The position numbers and the translations under genes are program-made. This document shows positions 24,901 to 39,120 of a DNA stretch of 64,000 nt, piece after piece (position 1 is the stretch's first letter; every line of letters begins with the position of its first letter). Source of the stretch: Spironucleus salmonicida. Lineage: Eukaryota. Under the pieces are notes generated by a model. The model was not told where the DNA came from, made no database searches, and saw nothing but the letters and a program-made list of their open reading frames with translations. The stretch lies in the NCBI RefSeq assembly GCF_000497125.1, contig NC_090603.1, forward strand, positions 124,001 to 188,000, written 5' to 3'.

Positions 24901-27900
24901 CGTACCCGTTTACATTATCACAAGTAAAGCATCCATCTGAAATATAGCCTTCATCACAAAATCCTAAACATTTATAATTACCAATTTCGTCTATATAACA
25001 TCTATCACCGTGACACTTTTAGCAAATCTCTAGACATTATGTACCTATATTTATGTATCCTTCCCAGCAGCCTTAACATGACATCCCTTAAAAGTTATCA
25101 TTACATGAAGAACATATAATATCATCATTTTCGTAGTAGCAGTCACCATTACATGTATTACATAACATAAGACATTGCCCCAAAAAGCTACCAGTACCTG
25201 GCTAGCATGAATCGCAATATTTTCCCAGGGCATATCTTCTACATACACAAGTTTAATCAGGCTAGCAGTCGCCATTTATACAATTGCTTGGCAGGCACTA
25301 AAATACACACAAGTCATTTATCAAGATATAATTTTGTGAGCACGATAAGCAAATAAGGCTTCCCCCAACCTTTATACAGACCCCATTCGTCACCTTTTCG
25401 TCTTCTAGCGCGTAACATTTATACTAGTAAATATGTTCCCCCGCAGGACACATATCGCATTTTATCCCAAGAATACCTAGATTACAGGAAAAGCATTTTA
25501 TGTCGCAATCTTCTACAGGGCCTGTGCACAGCTCAGTAAAATAACAGTCACCAGCGAGGCATTCGTCGCACTTCTTTATGCAAGTGTTTCCATCTTTTCG
25601 AAATCCATCTATACACTCGCTGCAAAACGGCGCCTTCCATCCGAAATCGCAGACAGAGCATTCCCAGTCCCCAGCTGCGCCACTTAGATAAACACAGCTA
25701 GCACCATTTGCACAGCTATCTTTCAAGCAGGTGGTTTTGCATCCTAACTGCCCTCGAATATTGCAAAATTGGCAACTAATCCCACCAGTAATACTAGAGC
25801 AGTGGCACATCCCATTTATGCACAAACCACCATTGCAATCTAAGGAGTTTTTGCATTCGAAGGTATCGCAAATGGTGTTAATGCTTTCGTAGCCGCTGGA
25901 ACAAACGCATAAATTATTGGTAACGTTACCGTGGTAACAGTTGGCTGATTGGTCGTTTTTACATGTCAAAACATTCTATATTTCCTCACATTTATTAGGT
26001 CCACCGAAACAAAACTCGCAATTATCGATTTCGCACTAGGTTCCAGTCTTGCCCTACGGACACTCACAGCCGTTTGATTAGTGGCATTTTGCTCCATCTT
26101 GGCAGAAGTCTATAGGACAGACGAATTCTTGGCATAATTAGCCAGAAAATTCTACATTGCAGATTAAAGAGTTGCCGTCGAAAATCCCTTAACATCTATC
26201 AAAGCACAGGTTTTCTGGGTTTTTGATATTGATTATTGAAGAGAATAATATGCGTTATTGTGTGAATGGAGGGATTTCTGCAACCACATCTTCCACGTCC
26301 CCAGAACTACTTACTGTAAAAAAGTTCTTCAAGTGTATCATTTTATTATTAGTAGTATCGATAACCCAATTATTGGAAGCTAGAAGTACAGCCATATCAC
26401 TACTGGAACTCATTTTGGATTAACTTACTGTATATACTACATTCTACTTTCCTGTGCCACTCATTATGAAAATATTAGTCATTGTATTACTGGTATCTGA
26501 TGTATAAGTGGATTCACCTGCACACCGAGTTGAAAATATCTAATCAACTATATTTGTTAGTGTATTACTTACTGCGTTTTCGAATAGTATATTACAGCTT
26601 GAACTTTATGGGCTATTTATTAGGAAGTTTATTAAGACATCATTAAATTCTGAATTCTATCCGGTTTTTGAAATTCCACTTATAGATGTTTTTTCTGCGA
26701 TACTTACAGATCCACAAAGTACCAAAAAACTAACGTGTATTTCATTAATGCTGTCCGATAGGCCTTAAAATTCATTGATGACTAAGTTTCTTATTTAAAT
26801 TAAGTTTTAAACAATAATATTCTATAATTAACTCCTGGCAATAGCTTTAGCAACCCCATGTATGTAGCTTTTTTCAGTTTCTACCCCATAGTCTATAAAT
26901 ATAGAATTACAAAATGACGCATTGGTAATTTAAAGGTTGTTTACTTATTATCCTACTGGATAATACTAAATCACTGATAACAACTTTGATAAACGTATAT
27001 CCTATATTAGTGATATATTTGTAAATTAACTATTTATAATTTTTTAGCCAATACCCAAGCTTTGAACCATGCCTTTGGATCCACCACTTATTGTCAAATT
27101 AAAATTGGCCATTGATAGTTAAACATTCTCTAGATCTCCGTTAAAGTACGCAACTTTAAGTAATCCGCACTAGTCCAATTTAATTGTCGCGTTAATGGAA
27201 ATAAAAAGTATTTCAATATTCTATGCATTACTTTCTGATAATAAAATGACTTCCAATGGATTTTCCAATGCAGAATAAGATGATTGAATAGCAATGTTGG
27301 AAATTTAAGATTTTTCTTTAATATTATACGCTAGTTAATGAATTTTTGCTTAGGTAATAGAAAATGAGGCAATGTTTATTGAAATTTAGAGCTACTTTAA
27401 GTTTCCCTACATTTATCTACAAATTCCAAAAACTTACGCGGCCGAGGCAGGCTTATTGTACGACATTTGAATATAAAGGTAAAATTATTATATACTTACG
27501 ACAGTTTCCGCAATACCGTAAATTAAACCAGTTTCTCTGCCAGAAATGCTAATTTGTATGTCTTTTAAGGCTGCTGGGCTCGAAATTGCTATCCCGTACA
27601 ATTCTTCGATATCAAAAACATTAAAACTAACGGAAACAGGGAATTAGGAGTTTAGTATTTTGCAGAGACCAATAACTTATACAGCGTTGGTAATAAGCAA
27701 TTCTACTTCTAAGGACTTCGCCGTAAGACTATCTATTGTGCTTGAAATCCCGAATACTTTATATTTATTAACAATAGTATGGCAGGAGCACGTATACTTG
27801 CATCTTAAGAATTGCGAGTTTACTATTGACTCAAAATAGGTAATATCGGCGTTATGGCTTATTGAATCGCTTTGGATTCGAAATTAACAATCATAAATTA

Positions 27901-28201
27901 AAGCTCCCTGTAACTTTTAAATTAGCATAAACGAGTTCTCTAAATCTGATTCTACTAGAATAACTATGTTGCTAATCGATCCTGATAAGGATTCGATGAA
28001 TAAATAACCTCCTTTCATATTAGTGAACTTAATATTACGTCTGGCGCCAGATAAGGCTCCGCTGAATTAATTTACTAGGGATTCTTTCGAAATCTGAATT
28101 GAAATATCATTTAATAGAATAAAACTTTCACCTGGTAGCTTATTGAGCTGATTAAAATCGCCAGCAGATGATAAAGAAATTAAACTAAAAACTAAGATCA
28201 T
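21944..28201 (-). CDS. 2085-aa protein: signal peptide, beta-rich N-terminal region, EGF/Cys-rich repeats, polytopic membrane domain, cytoplasmic tail
   Basis: ATG at 28201 (MILVFSLISLSSAG); track ORFs 25424, 23261 and 22628 are all in frame with TGA 21944; EGF-like CxC and CxxC units at about 23480-26200; many hydrophobic segments at 22410-23460; not every codon checked. Confidence 0.82.
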
Positions 28202-28859
28202 TTTTTTTTATAACTCAAATAAATAAGATATTACTAATAATACTATTTGTTTAGTTTTAATTATTTTAAATAAATTTAATATATAATTGATTAGTAAGTA
28301 TAAAAAATAATATCGCAAATACTATTTATTTTATATTAACAAGGAAATTTCACAACTCTCCAACAAACCCAAAAAGTTATCGATTTTTAGAGCCAAAATA
28401 GAAGTGTATTATTGTTAAACTTCTATAAAATGACATATCGCAAAAATTTATTAACACCTATATCAAATATATACTATATAATCATTGCAGAAAATACTAG
28501 TATATTGTTAAATACTAAAATTGATAATATTAATTGAATGTTATAGTATAATGTGAAAAATTTAAATATAACAAATTTTGGTTAAACTAAATTTTTTTTA
28601 ATATAGTATTTTTAATTTTACATAAAATATTTTATGAAAATTAAATGTATTTATTATAGAAATTTACAATCTATAATGAGTCTAAAAGTATTTATTGTAG
28701 TTCTTTAGATCCTTAATATTGCAGCCGGACCACATATTTGCTAATATAATGTTCTCATAATAGTGTTATTTTTATTTGCTTAGAAAGTACCAATGTTTTC
28801 ATAACTAAAAAATGCATTTTCATCAAGCCAAACCAAGTAAAAATAAATAAGCGAACGAA

Positions 28860-29564
28860 TCACTCGAAGTCCACCCAGAACCCGCAGTCGGTGCCCTGAA
28901 GGAAGGAGGCCGGGCAGTCGGACGACACGCTGGCGAAGGCGGCGTCGACCGCGCATTTCTTGGCGTCGCCGGTTGCGAGGAGGACGAGCTTGCGGGCCTT
29001 GAGGATGGTGGAGATGCCCACCGTGAGGGAGGAAGTGGGGACCTGCTCATCGATGCCGAAGAAGCGGCGGTTGGCCTCGATGGTGGAGGGAGTGAGGCTC
29101 ACGAGCCTGGTGCGGGACTCGCAGGCGGATCCCGGTTCGTTGAAGGCGATGTGACCGTTGAGGCCGATCCCGAGGAGCCATATGTCCGGAGGGCAGCTGG
29201 ACACGAGCGCCTCGTAGCGGTCGCACTCGCGGTCGATGCAGTCCTGTGGTACCGAGCCGTCGAGGAAGTGCGTGTTGCAGCGCTGGATGTTCACGTGGCG
29301 GAACAGGTGCTCGTGCATGAAGTGGCGGTAGGACTGGGGGTGGTCGCCTGAGAGGCCGTAGTACTCGTCCAGATTGATGGAGCGTACGCTGGAGAAGTCG
29401 AGGCCCTCCTCGCGGTGCATGCGCGCGAGCTCCTGGTACACCGGGATGGGCGTGGAGCCAGTCGCGAGGCCGAGCACGGCGTCGGGCTTGGCGCGGATCA
29501 CGGCGGCGATCTCCCTGGCTACTTCGAGGGCAGGCTGGGCGGAGATGTTGCGGCAGGCTGGCAT
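28860..29564 (-). CDS. nagB: Glucosamine-6-phosphate deaminase/isomerase, bacterial type
   Basis: VLGLATGSTP, NLDEYYGL..DHPQSY..FM, LGIG.NGHIAFNEPG, TIEAN.RFF, TVGISTILKAR, PASFLQ. Confidence 0.95.
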   Translation of the reverse strand: MPACRNISAQPALEVAREIAAVIRAKPDAVLGLATGSTPIPVYQELARMHREEGLDFSSVRSINLDEYYGLSGDHPQSYRHFMHEHLFRHVNIQRCNTHFLDGSVPQDCIDRECDRYEALVSSCPPDIWLLGIGLNGHIAFNEPGSACESRTRLVSLTPSTIEANRRFFGIDEQVPTSSLTVGISTILKARKLVLLATGDAKKCAVDAAFASVSSDCPASFLQGTDCGFWVDFE

Positions 29565-29646
29565 TCTTGGGGGGCGTATACCGAGCCCAGCGAGTAGGGC
29601 CGCGTAGGGCTAGCCTGAGCTCCGAATGTAGATGCTGGGGGTCTCG

Positions 29647-30091
29647 TTGAAAGAATAGGTTAGCAGAAAAAACACTCTACTTAGAGGCAGAGAGTTGCGT
29701 GCACCTAATATGTAGCAAACTACTTTCTAACTCTAAAAAATATTATATATAATCTATGGATAATTTTTCGTAAATAATATGCGAACGGCTCAGTGCTATG
29801 CGCACGTGCACAGAACTGCAAAAATCACAATTACACATCCTCACTGCTTAGGCTGCTTGAACCCCCTGATATCAACCAATATCTGAATACCGGCCACAAA
29901 AACCCCGCCCAATATCCCGCCAAGCCCAGTTATTAGGTAAAGCGGCAGTAACGAATAAAGGTCGGACTAGTCAATGGTTTCAAAAATAGGAAGGCTAATG
30001 GACTGGTATCTGGCGATACAGTAAATTTCGCCTCTATTTATAAGGGCAGAGATTTATTATATTGTGCTCACATTCTATATAATAAATTCGA
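29647..30091. repeat. Direct duplicate of 1-445
   Basis: Near-identical sequence. Confidence 0.92.
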
Positions 30092-31472
30092 CTGATGTGT
30101 TTGCAGTTGAGAATGGCTCAATAACCTAGATTTCAAAAAATGGGGCATTCTCAATGTCTGTTATTAATCCATCTGGTATAGTCCTTTTATACATAAAAAG
30201 TGTAATTGATTGCCTAGTAAGGACATTAAGAGGACAATTTGGAAAGCCTATAACTTAACTTTTAATAATTATTTTGCCTTCTGCAGCTCCTGATGTGAAT
30301 AATAACTGTAAATCGGTTGATGTAAAACATTCTTAATACTTGGTAGGTTCTAGCATCAGAAAGTTCGCAGAACCATCTTCATTATGAATAATAACTCTGA
30401 AGAATAAATAAACGACTTCAATTTCCTACAGTATTTCAATATTCTTTTAGCAGTCTGTGTAATTTAATTATTTGCATTCAATAGAATACCTGGTGCTTTC
30501 ACTGGTAAAGCCTGATGTTTCTATTGAGGAAGTCCAGACAGTGCCTTCAGAAAATTTCATATTATCTGTTAATCCTACTATTGTTTACACTCGACCAGAT
30601 CCGAAGTCACATGCACCAGATGGGGTTAAGTAAAAAATAATAATCTGATTATTTAATTAATAAGTGGCATTTAAGAAGCAATTTTGAACACTGGCCTCAA
30701 AAATATTGTTGATTTTAGCATAAACCTGCATGAGACTTGTCCGAGGGCTCTTCATCTAGTAGTAGAAGCTAATGCTAAAGTCAAGCAAGGGGGTGAATCT
30801 TATGTCCTATAAAATTTCTCTGCACAGAAGGACGTTGGACTCCTCAAGATGCTTGTTGCAGTCAAAGGTAACCACTGGGTTTGTGGGATCTGCCTGGTTT
30901 TTCATGAACAGCCCGCTTGTCAGCCGGAGCGTTTTGTTGAATGCGGACAGCTCGGCGTACACGCTCTGATTCAGTACGGGATCGTCCAGGGTGGCAGCAT
31001 CTGCGAACAGCGTATTCGAATAGTCGCAGCCTGTAGTTTTGGAGCTGATAATGAGCGTCTCGCCTAGTATCTCGCACGTGGCAGCGGTCAGGCAGTCGTT
31101 GCTGTTGAAGCTCAACACCGAAAAATAGGAAAGGGTCTGTTTGATTTCGGCGTCCATGTCCAATATTTAGATTAAAAAGTTCGACTGCCTCGTGAGAGCG
31201 CCTGCCGCTTGCTGTTCCACCGTATCGAATTTTATCTCGACCCGAATATCAGCCAAGTGCTTAAAATTGTAATTTAGCGAACTGGCCGTCTCCGAATTGG
31301 CAAGCTCCACCTGGGCTCTGGCTAGTCGGCCGGAAAGCTGCTCGCACAATTGGAAAGCCCTGGAGTCGTCTGGCGCTAAGTAAGACGCTATGAGAGTGCC
31401 TTCATGTGTGATGGGATTGTAGGTGAAAGTTGAGTTGGGCTGGTAGCATGTTAAGGATAGTACAACCAGCAT
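29841..31472 (-). CDS. Type-I membrane protein of unknown family, 543 aa, only intact copy in the window
   Basis: MLVVLSLTCYQPNS signal-like start; open frame with TAR=Gln; C-terminal TM LLPLYLITGLGGILGGVFVAGIQILV; ends CAG-TGA. Confidence 0.8.
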
Positions 31473-32967
31473 TTTTCTGTAATTGAAAGGGATATTTAAC
31501 TATATATCTACGTTTTGGAAATTTGAAATTTAAAAATAAAATTTGAAGGATTTTGAGAAAGATGTTAAATCAATATTATGCTATTGTATTAAATTACATG
31601 TAAACAAAAATTTATTATGAAACTATACGAATTTATATTATATATTTATACTAATTGAAAAAATAATCGATTTAATTATGCATTCACTCATTTATAGTTT
31701 ATTATTGTAATCCTTTTAATAATAAAGTAAAGTTGCAGTTAAATGTATATTATTAAAATATTCTTAAATTTCCTTTTCCACGAATATAGTAATATAATAA
31801 TATTAAATAAAAATAAACATTATAATTTAAGTTAAAAATGCACTAAATCATGATACTTGGATAATTATAGCAAAATAATTTATATACACCTTAAAATTAA
31901 ATAAAATAAAGTATAGTTTAAATATTACTAAGTATACTAATAGAAACGCAAATACTCACCTTAATTTGCAAGTAGGAATTCTATTAATTTTTATTACCTT
32001 TTTATATGAATTTTTTAATTAGTGCCAAAATTTTAAAGTCATAATTAACAATGAACACAGTAGATTCTCACAATTTAGTTAGAACTAAATTATGAGTATC
32101 TACTACTCGATTTCGTTTTTTAACAGGACTAGGACTATATTAAATCAAACTTCTACACTAGGGTTATCCAAAAAGGCTGACGATACCAACTTATTGATAT
32201 CAGTAACTGCACATTGTAGACAAGACCATATCCCTCAAGAAACTCAGCAAAGTCTTTACAAAAATTCGTCCTTATCGGGATTGACAGTTTTCTTATTGCA
32301 TTTTCTTAGCACCGGAGATGCATTCTGGTAGTTTACGGATTTTCGAATGATTGTTAATATCACGTGCATTCTTAATGAATGGGAGAGTTATAATACCTAG
32401 AAACCAAGTTTTAACTAAAATTTAAATTGATCGTAGCAGTAAAAATTGTAGTTTACCATTTTAAATACGTATTTCACAATTTTACTTCCAAAAATACAGC
32501 TTTTACAGGACGGAGAGTGCTATTTCTGTATTGGCAACAGTCGATAAACATAATTTCCCACTACTCCGCATGTAAGCCTAACACTCATAAATTTTAGCAC
32601 CTATAGTTGAAATTTCACGTAATATAGAAGTAGTAAACCAACCTATGCAAACGTATAAAAATTAAAAAAAACGATAAAAAGAATTTCAATCGCTTTTCTA
32701 TTTCATTCATTGTTCAATTTATTTTAATCAATGTTGGCATTAAGGGGGTTTATTGGATGACTTACCACTCTTGAGCTGCTTTACAACTCAAATATTCTAC
32801 AATCCATAATTCTTCTTTTTAGTAAAGTTGGGTATTACTGCACATAATATCATAATGAGTATTTTCATATTTAGGATATATTAGATATAAACAAAAAATA
32901 TTAAACATATATCAATATAATATTTATTATTATCTTTTGGTTTAAATTAATATTTACTTTCATTAGA

Positions 32968-35900
32968 ATGAAATCTATATTTACTATTTTTAACTATGAT
33001 CATGTAAGGTTGTTAGATCTCCATATTACCTATTAAGATAGCTAATTACTAGTCAGTAGTCTTTCTCCATTCTAAGATGACGTCATCAAAGATGTTAAGA
33101 ATTATATTTCAATTAATGTTGATTCTGTGGAAACTTTAAAAGTTTTCCATGTATTTGTTGTACTTTATCAATAAAAACTTATATTTAATGACATTAGTAT
33201 TCGAAGATTTGTTATTCGTTACAATGTTCCGAAGCATGATATTTAAACTCATTAAATATCAGAATTATGGTCAAACTTAGGTATCCTATTAGTACACTTA
33301 GGATATAACGTGTATTAAACCACCTTAAATCTTGACTCTTCTACTTTAGCAGATCAATATTTTCAGGTTATTACTTGTTTATATCCACCATTTGAATATG
33401 TGGCGTCAGTTACGAATTCTATCTCTCAAAATCTGTCCACTTTAAATGTTATAGTTGTACTGCTATAATATACAGTAAAGAATTTAAGTCTTCTATCTCC
33501 AAATTTTTTGGCCTTTATTTATGGGTTATCTGCTAATTTCCTAACTTTGTAGGCTGGAAATGAATTAATGCAAAATTAGCATATAATATAATGTATTATA
33601 TAGGCAGAATCATTGTTTAACTCGCTTTCTTGGGAAGAAAGTGTTGATAATTTTGTAATATATAATTGTTTTCATCTTCCATTGCATTTAAAGGATAAAG
33701 TAAAGATCGATTTTTTTTAGTTGTTATGTGCACCTTCATTTATGTTCAAGACAGAGCATTTTATATTATAATCTTTGGTATCTGGATAAACTGCAAGTTA
33801 TAAAAATATTAAAAATGGAATTCTAAGCAATAGTTCTAGATCAGGGAAATCAGTATCTCTACTTTCTACATACTATTATAATTATTTCTCTTTAAGAAAT
33901 ACTACACTTTATGTATAGTGTGCATAAAATACTTCATAACAAATTTACTCTAACACTAGTTTAAACTATGCAGATGCACTAAAGATATTTTTCACTTCAG
34001 AAGATTATTAATACGAAAAATAAAAGTATAATAAAATATATGAGAAAATATTAGAAGAAATTTCCTAGAAATATATTTAGAATTAAGAAATATTGTAGCG
34101 AAAAAGCCCATTACTTAGTTTCAGGTAGTTATTTTTTGATTTGAAATATATTAATTTTTAATAGTTCTATTAAAAATACTCATTAAATAACAAAAAAATT
34201 TTTAATTATGCATCCGATATAGTATTATTACACATTGAAGCAGATAAAGACATCACATTATATGATACCTATGTTAATTCATAAACCCATAATTCTTTAC
34301 TGAATAAAGTTATGGATAACTATATATTTAATGAGAATGTGCTTTGCCCCTTACGACGGAATCACACGTCATTATATAACTAGTTATTTGTTGAAGAAAC
34401 TAAAAAACGCTAAGAGATTTAGCTGATTTTATTAACATATAATAATGTAGTTTTTGTGGATTACTTTTAAGAAGACTAAATAAAAGGATTAGAAAAATAT
34501 ATTCATGCATAGTATTTATTAATTTATCCCTAAGAAAATTGGTAAAATGAGTTGTATTTTTATTTGAAAGATCCAAATATGTGTTAGCAGTTTAGCATAC
34601 TTAGCTAATAATATTTAGAGTCTATTATCAAAAATTGCGAAAATTTTATTTAAGTAATGACACCTGATCATACCAGAAGCTATTAATAATTGTAAAATTA
34701 CACTAAATACTAAAGTATTTTGGGTATAACACAAGGAGCAGGATTAACTAAAGATTAAATAAGCATACTGATTGAACTACTTAAATCGTTATTGATTTTA
34801 TCTCCAACATTTATCAAAGAATAATTCGTTATAAAGATTTAAGAAGATTTTTAAGCATGTTGCAGGATATCACTTAATCTAAATGTTGCTATTTGCCTAT
34901 AAAGGATTGAAAAGACCTCGGAAACTGACTTAATTAAATTCTAAAAGGTTAAAATAATTGCTTTAGTTAATAATATGGTTGCTTACATTAACGAGTTCAT
35001 ATCTGCCAGAAAACCATCTATGCTGAGAGAAGTTAAAGACGCCATCAATAACGTAGAGGCGTATAAAATTCTGTGTCAAAATGCAGATGAGGCCTGGAAG
35101 GACCAGAAGCTTTCTTCGCTGTTTGACCTGATGAAGGTTTTGTAAAAATTTTACCCAGATTTTATTGATGAGAAACTAAAAACAGACCTGTAAATAATTT
35201 TTAGGGATATTCACAATAAAGTTTACAATGTAGATGTTATCACATATCTAAACAATATTGGGACGTTTCATGCTAATGATCTAATAAAGTTTTAGACGAA
35301 GGAGACCATTGAGGTTATTAGCAGTGTAGTTATTTACATTAACAAGTTCATAGCCGCCAGAAAAGGAACTCTCCCGAAAGAAGGTACTGACGCCATCAAT
35401 AACGTAGAGGCGTAGGAAATTCTGTGCTAAGCGGCAGATGAGGCCTGGAAGGACCAGAAGCTTTCTTCGCTGTTTGACCTGATGAAGGTTTTGTTAAACC
35501 TATATCCGGAATTTGCTACCGAGAAATTATAATAGGATTTGCAGGTGGTCGAGAGCTAAGTGTGCAAGCACAATGAAATAATTCTAGACTTTTCGCGCAT
35601 GTTGTCTAATATTGACGCCACCTATCTCGTGCCCATACGCTCATTGCAGAAGGAGACGGTTAAGGTTATTAACATTGTAGTTGTTTACATTAACGAGTTC
35701 ATAGCCGCCAGAAAAGAAAGTCTCCCGAAAGAAGTTAAAGACGCCATCAATAACGTAGAGGCGTAGGAAATTCTGTGTCAAAATGCAGATGAGGCCTGGA
35801 AGGACCAGAAGCTTTCTTCGCTGTTTGACCTGATGAAGGTTTTGTTAAACCTATATCCGGAATTTGCTACCGAGAAATTATAATAGGATTTGCAGGTGGT

Positions 35901-38661
35901 CGAGCGCTAAGTGTGCAAGCACAATGAAATAATTCTAGACTTTTCGCGCATGTTGTCTAATATTGACGCCACCTATCTCGTGCCCATACGCTCATTGCAG
36001 AAGGAGACGGTTAAGGTTATTAACATTGTAGTTGTTTACATTAACGAGTTCATAGCCGCCAGAAAAGAAAGTCTCCCGAAAGAAGTTAAAGACGCCATCA
36101 ATAACGTAGAGGCGTAGGAAATTCTGTGCTAAGCGGCAGATGAGGCCTGGAAGGACCAGAAGCTTTCTTCGCTGTTTGACCTGATGAAGGTTTTGTTAAA
36201 CCTATATCCGGAATTTGCTACCGAGAAATTATAATAGGATTTGCAGGTGGTCGAGCGCTAAGTGTGCAAGCACAATGAAATAATTCTAGACTTTTCGCGC
36301 ATGTTGTCTAATATTGGTGCCACCTAGCTCGTGTTCATACGCTCGTTGCAGAAGGAGAACATCCAGCTAATTGGTGGCGTGGTTGTTTATATTAACGAGT
36401 TCATAGCCGCCAGAAAAGGAACTCTCCCGAAAGAAGGTACTGACGCCATCAATAACGTAGAGGCGTAGGAAATTCTGTGCTAAGCGGCAGATGAGGCCTG
36501 GAAGGACCAGAAGCTTTCTTCGCTGTTTGACCTGATGAAGGTTTTGTTAAACCTATATCCGGAATTTGCTACCGAGAAATTATAATAGGATTTGCAGGTG
36601 GTCGAGCGCTAAGTGTGCAAGCACAATGAAATAATTCTAGACTTTTCGCGCATGTTGTCTAATATTGGTGCCACCTAGCTCGTGTTCATACGCTCGTTGC
36701 AGAAGGAGAACATCCAGCTAATTGGTGGCGTGGTTGTTTATATTAACGAGTTCATAGCCGCCAGAAAAGGAACTCTCCCGAAAGAAGGTACTGACGCCAT
36801 CAATAGTATAGAGGCGTAGGAAATTCTGTGCTAAGAGGCAGATGAGGCCTGGAAGGACCAGAAGCTATCTACATTGTGCTAACTGTTACTGTAAATGAAC
36901 CGTGTTTCCGATTAATTTGCGACATATGCTTCAAATTTAGTTTAGCATTTACCCTAGAAGTACAAGTAACAGGATAATTCTCCTTAAAAAGTGTAAATAA
37001 ACGATAATCTATTACTATTAGTGGACGAAGTTTTAGTTTAGCAGAATAGGAGGAGATCATATAATTAAGATCTTGTTTTTGAGAAATATACACAGTGTGC
37101 TAAGTTATATAAACCAATCGAATATTTAACTTTAATAATGATGAATTCTCCAATAATAGATAATCCAAGGGGATTAGATTAAGTTTAGAAATATTATAAT
37201 ACAATAACCTAAGGTTCGTCAAATAGTAATGGCTTATTAGTATTTATCTAAGAGTTATACAATTTAAGAGCTATTGAATCAACTTTTTGGCGAAGTATTA
37301 ATTACTATATTGAGCGAGTCTAAAGCCACATAAAAAGTTATAATATCAAAACCTAATGTATATATGCAGGAACTGATATGTCTATATTTAATTTCATTAA
37401 AAGGAACAACATACAGCAAAACATAGAATCAAGTTCTGATGTAAGGTCTTATTAGCATAGTAGAATTATTGGAATCCCGTAACCACATGTATCACTATTA
37501 AAGTAAATATTCAAAAGTTAACAGGTAACTATTGCATTGGATAATGACAAAGAGTTGATTAATAAAGTATAAGTTATGGCAGCTGTTACTTTTTTGGACT
37601 ATTACAATATCCAATGCCCTGAAAAAGCATTAGAAAAATAATTATATCTGCCTTTTATTTCTCCTTAACTGTGGTTGTGTATGAAAAACCAAAAAATAGC
37701 GTTTAATAATTTAAAGTAAGTTAATGTTAATAACTAGACTTTGTTTTCAGTTAATAAATCAAATTGCTTTGGATAGTATTTTGATATTGTTAAACTAGAC
37801 AAAAATATTCAGTATAATATTAATTTTGTTTAATATGATGAGTTTAAAATATTAACTACTTCATCTGGCTACATTAATTTAAACTATTTAGTGTTATTTT
37901 ATTACAAAATATAAATAAACTTTAGCAAGTTTATTAAAAATATTAGCAGCGACGATATTAATTAGTTATTAGTTATGTAAAACCTGCCGTATTTAACAGA
38001 AATAAACTCTTTATTATTATTTTTGTATACAATAGTAGGAAATCATGAAACCATATCTGATTTATCGAAAATATTTAAAGCACAAAATCTTTATTCCATT
38101 TATTTCAATATTGTTGGAAGTGATCTTCCATAAGCGGCTTCATTAGAGTTGATGAAGTCGATATGCAAAAATGCAGACTTTGTTTGCTTATAACAGCCAT
38201 TTGATGATTTTATTTATGATGACATTACTTTTAGTGAATTTTAGTAATCAATATTGAAGTATGGCTTGAATTATTCGAATCTTGTATTTTAATCATTGAA
38301 AACCACTGCTAGCTGTAAAACTCTAATATGCGCTATCTCAATAGACAAATAAGAGTTATTTAGAAAATATTAAACTATCGACTAAAAGCATCCGGACTTC
38401 TTAATCACTTTTCACGGTTTCACAGGCTTGGAGGGAATTATGGACTAGTAGGATGGTGTATACTACATGATGTTCGACTCTGGCTCTCATAGTGAGATAG
38501 GACTGACATTAAAAGCTAAAAACTTTTCTAAGTCGATTGCTCAGGTGGGTGTTATCTAGTCAGATATTATTCTTTTTTAGTCAGACGTCGTCACCCCTAA
38601 ATCTATGTTAAGAATATATGAGTCTGAAGTTAGGAAGTCAGCTAAGAAGAGGTAGAAATGA
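32968..38661 (+). CDS. Giant hypothetical protein, 1897 aa, with central 117-aa helical repeats, copy 1
   Basis: ATG 32968 (MKSIFTIFNYDH) to TGA 38659 in one frame with TAR=Gln; repeat core YINEFIAARK..LPKEVKDAINNVEAQEILCQ.ADEAWKDQKLSSLFDLMKVL. Confidence 0.8.
34960..36870 (+). repeat. 351-bp coding tandem array, order B-A-A-A'-A'
   Basis: Track ORFs 35560 and 35911 are 351 bp apart; GATGAGGCCTGGAAGGACCAGAAGCT recurs six times. Confidence 0.92.
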
Positions 38662-39120
38662 TCAACTGCAATTGTATATTATTTTATTCCATTCGTTAAG
38701 GCTCCGCAGCAGCTCGGCCTAACGCTAGAATGCGGTGCAGCTTTACATATAAACTACTTCCCAGACACCGTAAACCAGCCTATAATGCCAAAAGCACCGC
38801 ATACCACTGACCATTCCTCGAGTTACGGCACTCTTGAGATAACCGCAGAAGCCCAGAGTTTCGGCGTATTGTACCGTGACCAGATTCCACACAAACAAGA
38901 AACGGCAGAGACACCGCATTAATCCGTCTAAACTCCTCTGATACAGAGGCGGCACTGCGCGCTGCTTGTGAAGCCAAGGCGCCCATTTTTAGAATTTTAT
39001 CCTTTTATAACAATATAATATAAATACTAAATTTCAAACCTGTAGTATTTTTATTATGTTGTTATATATTGATATACTAATTCCTCTCCGCGAACTCCCC
39101 CTAGAAACCGCAAAAACCCC

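Noticed and set aside
32092-32430. 112-aa ORF (also at 58531)
   Set aside because: With a single stop codon such lengths arise by chance; no motif or AGTGA end
38600-38986. ORF MGALASQAAR... (also at 50290)
   Set aside because: Runs into the 3' end of the giant gene on the other strand and has no motif; cannot be supported
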